Below, in pieces: positions 30,682 to 39,484 of a DNA stretch of 64,000 bases. The notes below the pieces were generated by a model. The model searched no databases. It saw only the letters and a program-made list of their open reading frames with translations, and was not told where the DNA came from. Each line of letters opens with the position of its first letter. Position 1 is the stretch's first letter. The stretch is taken from sequence record PV611058.1. The stretch is one strand, 5' to 3'. The position numbers and the translations under genes were made by a program.

Positions 30682-31177
30682 AACTATATCCTTGCATTAA
30701 TAAATCATAAACGTTTGAAAGGTGCGGAATTTTGATATAAAATTTAAAACCCTTAATTAAAGGATTCGCGTACAATGAACTGAATAACTTTAGATAATGT
30801 ATTTGACGAGGACTGTATAATAACGATTTCTGAAATAATTCAGCACTACAATCTGAACTAATATCAATTAAATCAATTCGTGCTTCTACTTCATCATCTT
30901 GTTTCAAAACATAAAAGAAATAATCGTTTGTGTTGACCCACAAATACCCTTCACTATTTTCGTATATAACAGGAGATGCTTGTTCTGGATTGCCTTGGGC
31001 AAATGCTGCAAAACAAACTTTTGCATTACTTTCATCTTTAAACATAAACGATAATTTATCATATCTATCTTCTATGCGTAAATCACCTATAAAAATGTAC
31101 TTATGCATAGAATGATTATTCTTGAGCATAAGCATTACTGTACTAATCTTGTGTGCTAATAATTCTATCTCATTCAT
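30671..31177 (-). CDS. FQ-motif family hypothetical protein
   Basis: motif SAELFQKSLLYS; ends LLMQGYSYEV. Confidence 0.8.
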   Translation of the reverse strand: MNEIELLAHKISTVMLMLKNNHSMHKYIFIGDLRIEDRYDKLSFMFKDESNAKVCFAAFAQGNPEQASPVIYENSEGYLWVNTNDYFFYVLKQDDEVEARIDLIDISSDCSAELFQKSLLYSPRQIHYLKLFSSLYANPLIKGFKFYIKIPHLSNVYDLLMQGYSYEV

Positions 31178-31253
31178 ATATTATTACCTATTGATGGATA
31201 CATCGTCATTGTCTTCTAATTCAACATAAATCATATCTTTTGTATAAAGCATT

Positions 31254-31814
31254 TTATACTTCATAACTATATCCTTGCATTAAAAGATCATAAGCAATAT
31301 CAACTAATTCTAAACGAATGAAAAATTTTAAATTATCTTTCAATGGATTCAAATGCATTGTACTAAACAACATAAGATACTTCATTTGATTTGTATTGTA
31401 TATTAGGGATGTCTGAAATACTTCTGCTTCATTGTAAGGATCAATGAATTTTATACCTTCTTCACTATAATCCGTTTTGGAATTCTGATATATAAAATAA
31501 TCATCACCATAATTGTACCACAAATAACCTTCAAAACTGGAATCAAATTCTGAATTTTCATTTCGCATTAAAGGTGATACTGAAATTGGATTTGAACCAA
31601 CTGTTGCACAAACCTCAATGAAAGCATCTTCATTTCCCTTAACTTCTTCTTTGATTTTATCATTGTACTGTCCTGCAAAACCAGCTTTTACTTCCAAATA
31701 TAAACTACTCCCAACTTTATTAATTCTTAAAAGGGAACTCTGTACTGTATTCGCATTGTTCAGCACTAACGATATTGTGCAAATCTTATGTACCAATAAC
31801 TCAATATCATTCAT
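31254..31814 (-). CDS. FQ-motif family hypothetical protein
   Basis: motif EAEVFQTSLIYN; ends LLMQGYSYEV like previous. Confidence 0.8.
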   Translation of the reverse strand: MNDIELLVHKICTISLVLNNANTVQSSLLRINKVGSSLYLEVKAGFAGQYNDKIKEEVKGNEDAFIEVCATVGSNPISVSPLMRNENSEFDSSFEGYLWYNYGDDYFIYQNSKTDYSEEGIKFIDPYNEAEVFQTSLIYNTNQMKYLMLFSTMHLNPLKDNLKFFIRLELVDIAYDLLMQGYSYEV

Positions 31815-31825
31815 ATTGGTATTCC

Positions 31826-32008
31826 TTAATTTGGTGGATTTGGATGTAATAACTGATCTATATAATTTAAATGTTCTATTGTAACTAATGAAAGATAATA
31901 ATTGTAATTATCTATACCACCCTTTAAATGTATATTGTAATACATCTTGATACTTACTAATAAAGAATCATTTAAATCATTTATTGCTTTTGTATTAACG
32001 GTTTTCAT
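31826..32008 (-). CDS. small hypothetical protein
   Basis: 60 aa ORF, stop/start overlap. Confidence 0.55.
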   Translation of the reverse strand: MKTVNTKAINDLNDSLLVSIKMYYNIHLKGGIDNYNYYLSLVTIEHLNYIDQLLHPNPPN

Positions 32009-32205
32009 TAATGTTCTTCTCTTAAAAAACGCTTAATGGCACAATCTAAATAAAAATCATAATACATCATATCTCTATTCTTAACCCATACACAATAATC
32101 TGCATTAATATTTCTTAATAATATATTCATATTATAATCTTCACACCCTAATCGTGCCATTTGATAGGATACTCCGTTCCATTTATTGTATAAGATATAA
32201 TCCAT
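32008..32205 (-). CDS. small hypothetical protein
   Basis: 65 aa ORF. Confidence 0.55.
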   Translation of the reverse strand: MDYILYNKWNGVSYQMARLGCEDYNMNILLRNINADYCVWVKNRDMMYYDFYLDCAIKRFLREEH

Positions 32206-32558
32206 CCGTAATGAATAGGATGATTTTTGTCTGAAACAGGAATAAAATATAAAGATGTACTGGGGTTATAACTGAATAAATCGTTGTTACCAATTGTAAA
32301 ATGTGATAACTCAATCTTCCTTGTACCTGTACTTGGACGAAGAACATTCTTAACACCGAAGACTGTACCTTGATATTTCTCGGAAAATTCAAACAATGCA
32401 TCTGCAATTAAATCACGAAACTCCGCATGTATGGTTTCAAAAAAATCTATATTACACGATGTTTTAATATCCTTGAACTCCTTATATAAAGAGCTTCTTG
32501 TATTCAAAAGAAATATTACTTTTTTAAGATCCTGAACTATTTCTGGATTCATATTCAT
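32148..32558 (-). CDS. hypothetical protein
   Basis: 136 aa ORF. Confidence 0.65.
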   Translation of the reverse strand: MNMNPEIVQDLKKVIFLLNTRSSLYKEFKDIKTSCNIDFFETIHAEFRDLIADALFEFSEKYQGTVFGVKNVLRPSTGTRKIELSHFTIGNNDLFSYNPSTSLYFIPVSDKNHPIHYGWIISYTINGTEYPIKWHD

Positions 32559-32775
32559 TTATCTCATTCTGTAACTTAAGCATCAAAATTTGCATATTAA
32601 TTTTTTGTACAAGATGATTGAGAAATTTCTGTACTGTATCTTCTTGTTCTTTTGTACCAAGATAAAATAACATATTAAATTCAGATAATCTCAGAGCGAA
32701 ATCTTCCTCTCCACCTTGTAAACAAAAATCCCTGTACTTTGATGCATACAAATAACGGTTTATTTTTTTGTACAT
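32524..32775 (-). CDS. GTNYQE-family small protein
   Basis: motif YLGTKEQED; AGGAG RBS. Confidence 0.75.
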   Translation of the reverse strand: MYKKINRYLYASKYRDFCLQGGEEDFALRLSEFNMLFYLGTKEQEDTVQKFLNHLVQKINMQILMLKLQNEINEYESRNSSGS

Positions 32776-32803
32776 TTATATTGCATCTCCTTTAGGTATA
32801 TTC

Positions 32804-33115
32804 TTATATGTCAATTTCAATGATCCTCCCTGACATACCTTGTATTAGCTTATCATACATATCGAGCATCACTTTTTGTATATTAATTAATACTGGCATC
32901 GTGCAAATATCAATGTCGTATATTAAGCTGTACTGGAATAATTCCTCTTCCTGCATGTGTACTAAATTAGGTAAAAGATAATTGTCTGCCTCTTCATCCT
33001 GGTACTTGAAATGCATAACACCATCCTTTTTGTACAAAAGAATGTCAATATCACCTAACTCTTCTGCATAACCAAAAATACATATACTCGATGTTTTTGC
33101 TATATTAAATTTCAT
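32804..33115 (-). CDS. FQ-motif family hypothetical protein
   Basis: motif QEEELFQYSLIYD. Confidence 0.8.
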   Translation of the reverse strand: MKFNIAKTSSICIFGYAEELGDIDILLYKKDGVMHFKYQDEEADNYLLPNLVHMQEEELFQYSLIYDIDICTMPVLINIQKVMLDMYDKLIQGMSGRIIEIDI

Positions 33116-33124
33116 ATTCTTCTC

Positions 33125-33475
33125 TTATATGTAGAATTCACATACGCGTTGAACAAAATTCTTTGGAAGATGACAATGTGCAATCATCTGCTTTTGTACT
33201 TCCTTCATGTCTTCGAATGTAAATCCTAAAGAATCATCATGTACTAACAAGTACTGAAACTCTTCTTCTTCAGAGATAGAACATAAATTCGGTACTGAAA
33301 TTGTTTTTGCTTTTCTTGCACCCAATTTCCAATGAAAAGAATTATTGCATTTTCTGTACTCAAATATCTTCAACCCAGAACCTGTATTAAAATCAGCTAC
33401 TACAATGTAACATGAATTCTTACGTACAATACAATTGAACTTACGCATTATCTCCACCTCTCTCCGTCTGTACAA
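33125..33475 (-). CDS. FQ-motif family hypothetical protein
   Basis: motif SEEEEFQYLLVHD. Confidence 0.75.
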   Translation of the reverse strand: MYRRREVEIMRKFNCIVRKNSCYIVVADFNTGSGLKIFEYRKCNNSFHWKLGARKAKTISVPNLCSISEEEEFQYLLVHDDSLGFTFEDMKEVQKQMIAHCHLPKNFVQRVCEFYI

Positions 33476-33693
33476 GAGTACTGGTACGTTGTCGTTAGGG
33501 TAGGGACCATGTTTGTAATGGGCATATTATTAACAATAACGGTAACAGGCATAAGAATCGTCTCTACTCTACTCTGTCCTGTCCTTGTACAATTCATCTT
33601 CTGCATTTCATCTGAATCCATGAAATACAATACAAATGGTGCAATCCCAAGAACAATACACAAGACGATAAGGAAATTTAAAAAATTTAACAT
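33448..33693 (-). CDS. putative membrane-anchored small protein
   Basis: hydrophobic N-terminal FLIVLCIVLGIAPFVLYF; Cys pair in soluble part. Confidence 0.65.
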   Translation of the reverse strand: MLNFLNFLIVLCIVLGIAPFVLYFMDSDEMQKMNCTRTGQSRVETILMPVTVIVNNMPITNMVPTLTTTYQYSCTDGERWR

Positions 33694-33722
33694 AATTTTT
33701 ACCCCATGATTAACGTACAGGT

Positions 33723-33751
33723 ACTATATCAGTAATGAAAAGTACTGTCAA
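33723..33751 (-). promoter_or_regulatory. sigma70-type promoter with AGTACT overlapping -35
   Basis: TTGACA-GTACT...-N17-TGA-TATAGT. Confidence 0.65.
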
Positions 33752-33752
33752 G

Positions 33753-34127
33753 CTAGTATTGCACTGTTCTAATGAAAGTACCTTTACTCATGGATTTAAG
33801 CTTATGAACCTCTTCCTGTATACCCTTGATTAACCCTAAAGGTATAGGTAAATCATGTACTAAGCTGTACTGAAAGTATTCTTCTTCAGATAAAGTACTA
33901 ACATCTGGAATGCCAATTTTAGTTAGATAATCTTGATGTGTTGACCAATAAATTATATCTTCAGTACTATTGTACTCCCCATATACTGAACAATATTGAT
34001 GAATATCTTTCCTGTACCCTTGAGCAATAAAGAACTTATCTACTGCATTACCAGCATTAATAGAATTCACTTCGATTGTCACAGTACTTGAGCTTGTTTT
34101 TCCTTTACTATGCATATTAATCCCCAA
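33753..34127 (-). CDS. FQ-motif family hypothetical protein
   Basis: motif SEEEYFQYSLVHD. Confidence 0.75.
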   Translation of the reverse strand: MGINMHSKGKTSSSTVTIEVNSINAGNAVDKFFIAQGYRKDIHQYCSVYGEYNSTEDIIYWSTHQDYLTKIGIPDVSTLSEEEYFQYSLVHDLPIPLGLIKGIQEEVHKLKSMSKGTFIRTVQY

Positions 34128-34303
34128 ATTAGATATCGAACACTATCAGCTTGATAGTTAGTTCCTACTGTGTGTTTTAATATTAACTCATCTTTCAGTA
34201 CTGAACATTCTGCATTAGATATAGGAAGAGAATTAATTCTTTGAATTTCTGGTCGCAAAATACCGCGAAGCTTGCGGTAATCTTCGTATGATAATATTTT
34301 CAT
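34079..34303 (-). CDS. GTNYQE-family small protein
   Basis: motif TVGTNYQAD. Confidence 0.75.
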   Translation of the reverse strand: MKILSYEDYRKLRGILRPEIQRINSLPISNAECSVLKDELILKHTVGTNYQADSVRYLIWGLICIVKEKQAQVL

Positions 34304-34306
34304 TGT

Positions 34307-34648
34307 TCAGTACTCAACGATGTGTTCTTCATAACCATTAAACTCCGGTTTAGTTTCTTTCATTAGGACTACCATTTTATGTACTAATGGCATAGGAAAT
34401 TCTAAATCCCATACTAATGATTCTTGAAAGTATTCTTCTTCAGATAAAGTACTTAAATCTTTAATATCAACGTGCTTGTATATTTTCTTTTCGTAATTAA
34501 GAAATGATATATATAAATCATTAACATAAGAATCATAAGTAATTGTGAATGGCTTACCCTTGTAGTCCATTACATCTTTACATAGACTGCATTTGATATA
34601 TGTATGTTCTTCTGAACTGTATACATTGAGTTGTATATTAGTTTTCAT
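34307..34648 (-). CDS. FQ-motif family hypothetical protein
   Basis: motif LSTLSEEEYFQESLVWDLEFP. Confidence 0.8.
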   Translation of the reverse strand: MKTNIQLNVYSSEEHTYIKCSLCKDVMDYKGKPFTITYDSYVNDLYISFLNYEKKIYKHVDIKDLSTLSEEEYFQESLVWDLEFPMPLVHKMVVLMKETKPEFNGYEEHIVEY

Positions 34649-34662
34649 AGTTACCTTATATA

Positions 34663-35001
34663 TTAATACTCAACGATGTGTTCTTCATAACCATTAAACT
34701 CCGGTTTAGTTTCTTTCATTAGTACTATCATCTTATGTACTAATGGCATAGGAAACTCCAAATCCCATACTAATGATTCTTGAAAGTATTCCTCTTCAGA
34801 TAAAGTACTTAAATCTTCAATGTCAATGTGTTCGTATATGTTATATTTGTAATCAGCAAAAGATATATAAAAACCTCTTGTATTATCATAAGTAAGTGCA
34901 AATGGCTTACCTTTGTAGTCCATTACAGAGTTACATGTATGGCATTTGATGTATGTACTTGCAAATGATTTATATACCTTGAGTTTTATATTAGTTTTCA
35001 T
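34663..35001 (-). CDS. FQ-motif family hypothetical protein (recent duplicate of previous)
   Basis: C-terminal 40+ aa nearly identical to 34307..34648. Confidence 0.8.
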   Translation of the reverse strand: MKTNIKLKVYKSFASTYIKCHTCNSVMDYKGKPFALTYDNTRGFYISFADYKYNIYEHIDIEDLSTLSEEEYFQESLVWDLEFPMPLVHKMIVLMKETKPEFNGYEEHIVEY

Positions 35002-35275
35002 ATTTCTCTTTATTAGCTTGTTTAGATTGTGTGGTTTTATAGTGAATGAAATCTATTAATGTAATCAAGTACAACGTCAAATAGTACTCTTGTTGATCTG
35101 TACCTAATGATACAAAGAACTTGTGCTCATAGATTAAAACCTGTTTCTCTTCAAATGGACATTTAATCCTCTGTATAGGCTTAAGTAAATGATAGTACTT
35201 ATTAAATCTATGATACATTTCTAGTTCTGTCAGTACTTTCATATTAAACACGTACTCCATTAGCAGTAGCATCAC
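34991..35275 (-). CDS. GTNYQE-family small protein
   Basis: SLGTDQQEY; start probably 35242. Confidence 0.75.
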   Translation of the reverse strand: MMLLLMEYVFNMKVLTELEMYHRFNKYYHLLKPIQRIKCPFEEKQVLIYEHKFFVSLGTDQQEYYLTLYLITLIDFIHYKTTQSKQANKEKYEN

Positions 35276-35465
35276 GTAAAGCTAACAAATACTTCTGTAC
35301 TGCTTGCTCTTGATGATCTGTACCTAAAAGTATATACATCCATAATTCACTGTAATGTACATCTTGTGTATAAGGGTTGTTGTAACTTTTTGATAATATA
35401 GCATCAAATTCAGATGCATGAACCCTTGCGAACTTAAGCATATCTTGTTGTGTTATGATTCTCAT
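35244..35465 (-). CDS. GTNYQE-family small protein
   Basis: LLGTDHQEQ. Confidence 0.8.
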   Translation of the reverse strand: MRIITQQDMLKFARVHASEFDAILSKSYNNPYTQDVHYSELWMYILLGTDHQEQAVQKYLLALRDATANGVRV

Positions 35466-35677
35466 ATCTTTTCCTGTACTATCTGTATAAGAATACCTAT
35501 GTGTGAATTAACAGTTCTCTCTTGATGCTGTGTTCCTAAGAGTGTCAGTACTATCATATCTGAACGCAAAAGATTTTTCTGAAGTTCACTTATATCAGTT
35601 CTTGAATCAAGTGCCATATATTTGTGATTATTCTTCCTGAATAGTGCCAAGTACTCTTGATTTGATATTTCCTTCAT
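35462..35677 (-). CDS. GTNYQE-family small protein
   Basis: LLGTQHQER. Confidence 0.8.
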   Translation of the reverse strand: MKEISNQEYLALFRKNNHKYMALDSRTDISELQKNLLRSDMIVLTLLGTQHQERTVNSHIGILIQIVQEKI

Positions 35678-35913
35678 AGTTTATCCCTGATGCCATTTAA
35701 AAGTGCTCTAATATGCTCCTGTACGAATTTGTACTGACTGTCTGTTCCTAGAGTGAGTAGTAATCTTAAATCTGAACTTTTGATATGATATTCTAAATCA
35801 TTATTTGATTCTTGCATCAGTTTCTTAAAGGATGAGAAGTTTGCAGCCATTAGTTCAATGTATTCTGCTGTTCCTAGGGGTTTGTGTATTGGCTGTTTGT
35901 GCTGTCTGTGCAT
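35674..35913 (-). CDS. GTNYQE-family small protein
   Basis: TLGTDSQYK. Confidence 0.8.
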   Translation of the reverse strand: MHRQHKQPIHKPLGTAEYIELMAANFSSFKKLMQESNNDLEYHIKSSDLRLLLTLGTDSQYKFVQEHIRALLNGIRDKL

Positions 35914-36125
35914 TTTAATTTTATTACCCTTTTGAGTGTATTAATGTAATTATACACATTGGCTTCTTGATAGTTTGTTCCTAGAGTAGCTTGAACGTAG
36001 ATTTCATTTAACTTAATAATTTTATCAGTATCTGGAAGTTTTGATGTGTTAATGGCAAATAACTTCGAAAACAGTCCATTTATGATTGTTAGGTATTCTA
36101 CTTCGGTAATGATTCGCATTTGCAT
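35874..36125 (-). CDS. GTNYQE-family small protein
   Basis: TLGTNYQEA. Confidence 0.8.
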   Translation of the reverse strand: MQMRIITEVEYLTIINGLFSKLFAINTSKLPDTDKIIKLNEIYVQATLGTNYQEANVYNYINTLKRVIKLKCTDSTNSQYTNP

Positions 36126-36331
36126 TGGATAAACCTTTTTAGTTCTTTGATGTAATCATTAATATTACATTCTTGATAGTTAGTCCCTAGGGTAGAATTA
36201 ACATAGATTTCACTCATTAGAATATTTTTTTCTTCATCAGGTAAATCTGTGGTCTTTGCTATATACAATTTTAGAATTAAACTACTTAATAGTTCGTGGT
36301 ATTCACTTGGTGAAAGGATTTTCATTTGCAT
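36098..36331 (-). CDS. GTNYQE-family small protein
   Basis: TLGTNYQEC. Confidence 0.8.
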   Translation of the reverse strand: MQMKILSPSEYHELLSSLILKLYIAKTTDLPDEEKNILMSEIYVNSTLGTNYQECNINDYIKELKRFIQCKCESLPK

Positions 36332-36537
36332 GTTCTCAGTACAGATTCTTTAAGTTCATCGATGTAGTCCTCAACGAATTGCTCTTGGAAGTTAGTTCCA
36401 ATATATAAAAGAACTCTTAAATCTGCTCTAAGTAACTCTTTTTCATCATCATCTATATCAGACAATGTTATGTTTAAGAATTTACTTGTATTAAAGATTA
36501 ACAATTCTGTTTGTTCACTGTGGCTTAAAATTTTCAT
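36322..36537 (-). CDS. GTNYQE-family small protein
   Basis: YIGTNFQEQ. Confidence 0.8.
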   Translation of the reverse strand: MKILSHSEQTELLIFNTSKFLNITLSDIDDDEKELLRADLRVLLYIGTNFQEQFVEDYIDELKESVLRTCK

Positions 36538-36745
36538 AATCTCTTTTTGCTTTCCTCGACAGTAGGTACAAATACGATTCTTCGTATTGTGCTTGGAAGT
36601 TTGTGTTTAAGAGTCGAAACAACTTCTGTTCTTCTAGAACGAGTTGCTTATCTTCATAACAACGGTAGCGTATCAACTTTTTGTATTCGATGTTGATTAC
36701 ATCCATTACTATAAGCCCATGTTCATCATCTGTCAAGTGCTTCAT
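36515..36745 (-). CDS. GTNYQE-family small protein
   Basis: LLNTNFQAQ. Confidence 0.8.
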   Translation of the reverse strand: MKHLTDDEHGLIVMDVINIEYKKLIRYRCYEDKQLVLEEQKLFRLLNTNFQAQYEESYLYLLSRKAKRDYENFKPQ

Positions 36746-36984
36746 GCTTTTTTTCTTTTCCTGATGTGTTTAGTTAAAAGGTATATTAGTTTTCTGATGT
36801 ATTCTTCCTGATAGTTTGTTCCTAGGAGTGCAAGAAGTTTTGCTTCAACTAAAGCTAATTGACGTTCTTCAAATGTGTGTTCCAGTATGTACTTTGGGTT
36901 TGATTTTTTAGAAATTGCACTATTAGTTTTCATTACAATCTTATGATATTCATTAACTGTTAGGATTTTTAAATTCTTGAGCAT
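36742..36984 (-). CDS. GTNYQE-family small protein
   Basis: LLGTNYQEE. Confidence 0.8.
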   Translation of the reverse strand: MLKNLKILTVNEYHKIVMKTNSAISKKSNPKYILEHTFEERQLALVEAKLLALLGTNYQEEYIRKLIYLLTKHIRKRKKA

Positions 36985-37210
36985 GTATCTTTTCCTTTAT
37001 AGAGAATTTAAGATATCGAAGCATACTTTCAATGTAATACTCTTGTCTGTCAGTTCCAAGAAAGTACAGGAGTTGAATGTATAAAACTTCTGCACTCCTT
37101 TCGGCATGTGACTTGTTTGTGTCGTTTGGAAGTTGATTTGTAAGTTTTCTGGATTTAATTAATCGTTCTTTTAACTCATCGTCTGTTAAGTATTTCATTT
37201 CATTTTGCAT
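36953..37210 (-). CDS. GTNYQE-family small protein
   Basis: FLGTDRQEY. Confidence 0.8.
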   Translation of the reverse strand: MQNEMKYLTDDELKERLIKSRKLTNQLPNDTNKSHAERSAEVLYIQLLYFLGTDRQEYYIESMLRYLKFSIKEKIHAQEFKNPNS

Positions 37211-37430
37211 TTACTTTTTCCTTAATACTCATTACAAGATGTTCAATCATATTTTGAACCATAAATTCTTGTTTATCAGTTCCAAGAACGTATGGTAGCT
37301 TCTGAAACAATACATTCGCAGACATTTCATATATTGATTGATTTGGAACGAACTTAAGAGTAATGTTATTGGCTTTTAACATCTTCTCTTGAAATTCTTC
37401 ATTCGTTAAGTATATCATTTCACTTTGCAT
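37200..37430 (-). CDS. GTNYQE-family small protein
   Basis: VLGTDKQEF. Confidence 0.8.
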   Translation of the reverse strand: MQSEMIYLTNEEFQEKMLKANNITLKFVPNQSIYEMSANVLFQKLPYVLGTDKQEFMVQNMIEHLVMSIKEKVNAK

Positions 37431-37656
37431 TTACTTTTTCCATAATAGTAATTTTGAGATATTTAATTATACGTTCAATGTGATACTCTTGCCTATCAGT
37501 TCCAAGAATGTATGGTAATCTTTGGAATAAAACTTCTGCACTCCTTTCCGCTGGGGTTTGGTTTGGGTTGTGTGGAAGATATTTTGTAAGTTTTTTGGAT
37601 TTATCTAGTCTTTCTGTTAACTCATCATGTGTTAAGTATATCATTTCATTTTGCAT
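37420..37656 (-). CDS. GTNYQE-family small protein
   Basis: ILGTDRQEY. Confidence 0.8.
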   Translation of the reverse strand: MQNEMIYLTHDELTERLDKSKKLTKYLPHNPNQTPAERSAEVLFQRLPYILGTDRQEYHIERIIKYLKITIMEKVNAK

Positions 37657-37892
37657 TTAATGTTCCTTACGTAAATTGTCTGGATTAAACAATCAATCCA
37701 AGTTTGAATATATTGGTTTTGATACTGTGTGCCTAAGAGACTCTGCATTTTAAACTCTGCTTCAAGTTCATATCTCTTTTCTATAGAAAAGCTCAAATGA
37801 CCATATTCTTTATCGTATCTTCTCAGTGCTTCCCCAATTCTATCAAATCTTTCTGCTAATCTGATGTTATTCACAATATTCATCGCATTCAT
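37641..37892 (-). CDS. GTNYQE-family small protein
   Basis: LLGTQYQNQ. Confidence 0.8.
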   Translation of the reverse strand: MNAMNIVNNIRLAERFDRIGEALRRYDKEYGHLSFSIEKRYELEAEFKMQSLLGTQYQNQYIQTWIDCLIQTIYVRNIKCKMK

Positions 37893-38167
37893 CGATCAGT
37901 ACACCTCAGTGGTTGGGTCATTTGATAAAAGTACAGCTTACCTTTGATTTCCAATAGTAACTCCGCGATTAAGCGATTTACTTCTGGCTCTTGATAGTTT
38001 GTTCCCAAGAATACACCCATCTTTAACTCACGCATCATAATCATTTTCTTACTGTGTTGAATTTTTTGGTTGTGATAGATTGTATTACGTTTGTGTGTAA
38101 TTTTTGTCATACGCTCGGTATATTCATCTTTACTTAAATTGATCATTTGCATGTTCATCAACCTCAC
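37889..38167 (-). CDS. GTNYQE-family small protein
   Basis: FLGTNYQEP. Confidence 0.8.
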   Translation of the reverse strand: MRLMNMQMINLSKDEYTERMTKITHKRNTIYHNQKIQHSKKMIMMRELKMGVFLGTNYQEPEVNRLIAELLLEIKGKLYFYQMTQPLRCTDR

Positions 38168-38378
38168 ATTTATTTTCGATACAAATCATGAGTTCTCTAA
38201 GATAGTTTTTTATCTTACCTTCCTGATGGTTCGTCCCCAGGAAGTTGCATAACTCTGCTTCTATTATTTTGATTCTTCTGGTGTCAGGTTTCAATCTTTT
38301 GTTATTGAAGATTTGAATCCTTATATCCCTTGATGCATTTAAACGTTTTTGATATTCATGGAAAGATAAATTAATCAT
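38130..38378 (-). CDS. GTNYQE-family small protein
   Basis: FLGTNHQEG. Confidence 0.8.
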   Translation of the reverse strand: MINLSFHEYQKRLNASRDIRIQIFNNKRLKPDTRRIKIIEAELCNFLGTNHQEGKIKNYLRELMICIENKCEVDEHANDQFK

Positions 38379-38602
38379 TTACTTTGTATCTCTCTCTTGA
38401 GGGCATCAATTAACAACAGTACAGCATTCTCTTGATAGTTTGTTCCTAAGACTGAAAGCATCTTAATCTCATTTACTACAATCAACTTCTTTGAGCGTTC
38501 AATAATGTTACTATTATAAACGGCGTTACGTGCTGGATAAGTTTTTGCAAGACGTTCATAATATTCATCTTTACTTAAATTAATCATTTGCATTTCTCGC
38601 AC
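38375..38602 (-). CDS. GTNYQE-family small protein
   Basis: VLGTNYQEN. Confidence 0.8.
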   Translation of the reverse strand: MREMQMINLSKDEYYERLAKTYPARNAVYNSNIIERSKKLIVVNEIKMLSVLGTNYQENAVLLLIDALKREIQSK

Positions 38603-38828
38603 GTTTACTTAGTTTACTTCCAATGTATTTCTTAAGTGTAATTATATATTCCTCTACATAATACTCCTGATAGTTAGTTCCTAAGAATGCACATAGCTTT
38701 GTCTCACGCTTCATAATCATCTTATTTTCGTGTTTGTTTACTTCACCGAAATGGATTTCATTAAGTTTAGGTAAGATTTTTGCTTGGCGTTCTTTATATT
38801 CAGATTTACTTAAATTAATCATTTGCAT
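38580..38828 (-). CDS. GTNYQE-family small protein
   Basis: FLGTNYQEY. Confidence 0.8.
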   Translation of the reverse strand: MQMINLSKSEYKERQAKILPKLNEIHFGEVNKHENKMIMKRETKLCAFLGTNYQEYYVEEYIITLKKYIGSKLSKRARNAND

Positions 38829-39037
38829 TTACTTTTGACCTCCTTGACTAATGCATCAACCCACATGTCTATATACATTTGTTGATAGTTTGTCCCTATG
38901 AGTGCCCCTGCATAGAGTTCAGCTATCAATGTATGTTTTAGGTTGGCAGGGATGCTCTTATCAGATTGAATCTTTACTCTTCTGTTGGCACATGTTTTCA
39001 GGAGTCTGATGTATTCAAAGCCTTGTAATTTTCTCAT
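38819..39037 (-). CDS. GTNYQE-family small protein
   Basis: LIGTNYQQM. Confidence 0.8.
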   Translation of the reverse strand: MRKLQGFEYIRLLKTCANRRVKIQSDKSIPANLKHTLIAELYAGALIGTNYQQMYIDMWVDALVKEVKSKCK

Positions 39038-39249
39038 TCTTTTGATATCACCTTGTTACGTAAGGCACTTAACAATACGTCAGTGTAGATGTTTTGATAG
39101 TTTGTTCCTACGAATGCACCCAACTTCATTTCAGCTATTATAACACATTTATCCTCTTGTGCAATAGACTTGTCTAAAGAAATACTAACAACTTTCCTTC
39201 TTATAGCTTGTAACCTCCAATGATACTGATACTCATTTAGTGTTATCAT
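39034..39249 (-). CDS. GTNYQE-family small protein
   Basis: FVGTNYQNI. Confidence 0.8.
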   Translation of the reverse strand: MITLNEYQYHWRLQAIRRKVVSISLDKSIAQEDKCVIIAEMKLGAFVGTNYQNIYTDVLLSALRNKVISKE

Positions 39250-39484
39250 TCTCTCGCCTCCATATCTCGGTTCTAATGTGTTGACATTGTGCTTCGATGA
39301 ACATATCTATTGATTTGGCAATTGCGTTTTTATCTGTGCCTGTCATCAGTACAAGCATCTCGGCCTCACAGTGAAGTAAACGCATGATATCATAGGGTAA
39401 TATTCCAGATACCGTGTCATAGTGTTTCTGTGCCAGTGTCTGCAATAGTTTACAATACATTTTGTGATTTAGTCTGTGTCGCAT
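39233..39484 (-). CDS. GTNYQE-family small protein (divergent)
   Basis: MTGTDKNAI. Confidence 0.75.
   Translation of the reverse strand: MRHRLNHKMYCKLLQTLAQKHYDTVSGILPYDIMRLLHCEAEMLVLMTGTDKNAIAKSIDMFIEAQCQHIRTEIWRRENDNTK

Larger units (their letters stand above)
5935..35001 (-). repeat. tandem paralogue array of about 55 FQ-motif genes
   Basis: consecutive abutting/overlapping ORFs sharing (S/T)EExxFQxS(L/T)(V/I)x(D/N) in the C-terminal half; N-termini divergent. Confidence 0.85.
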
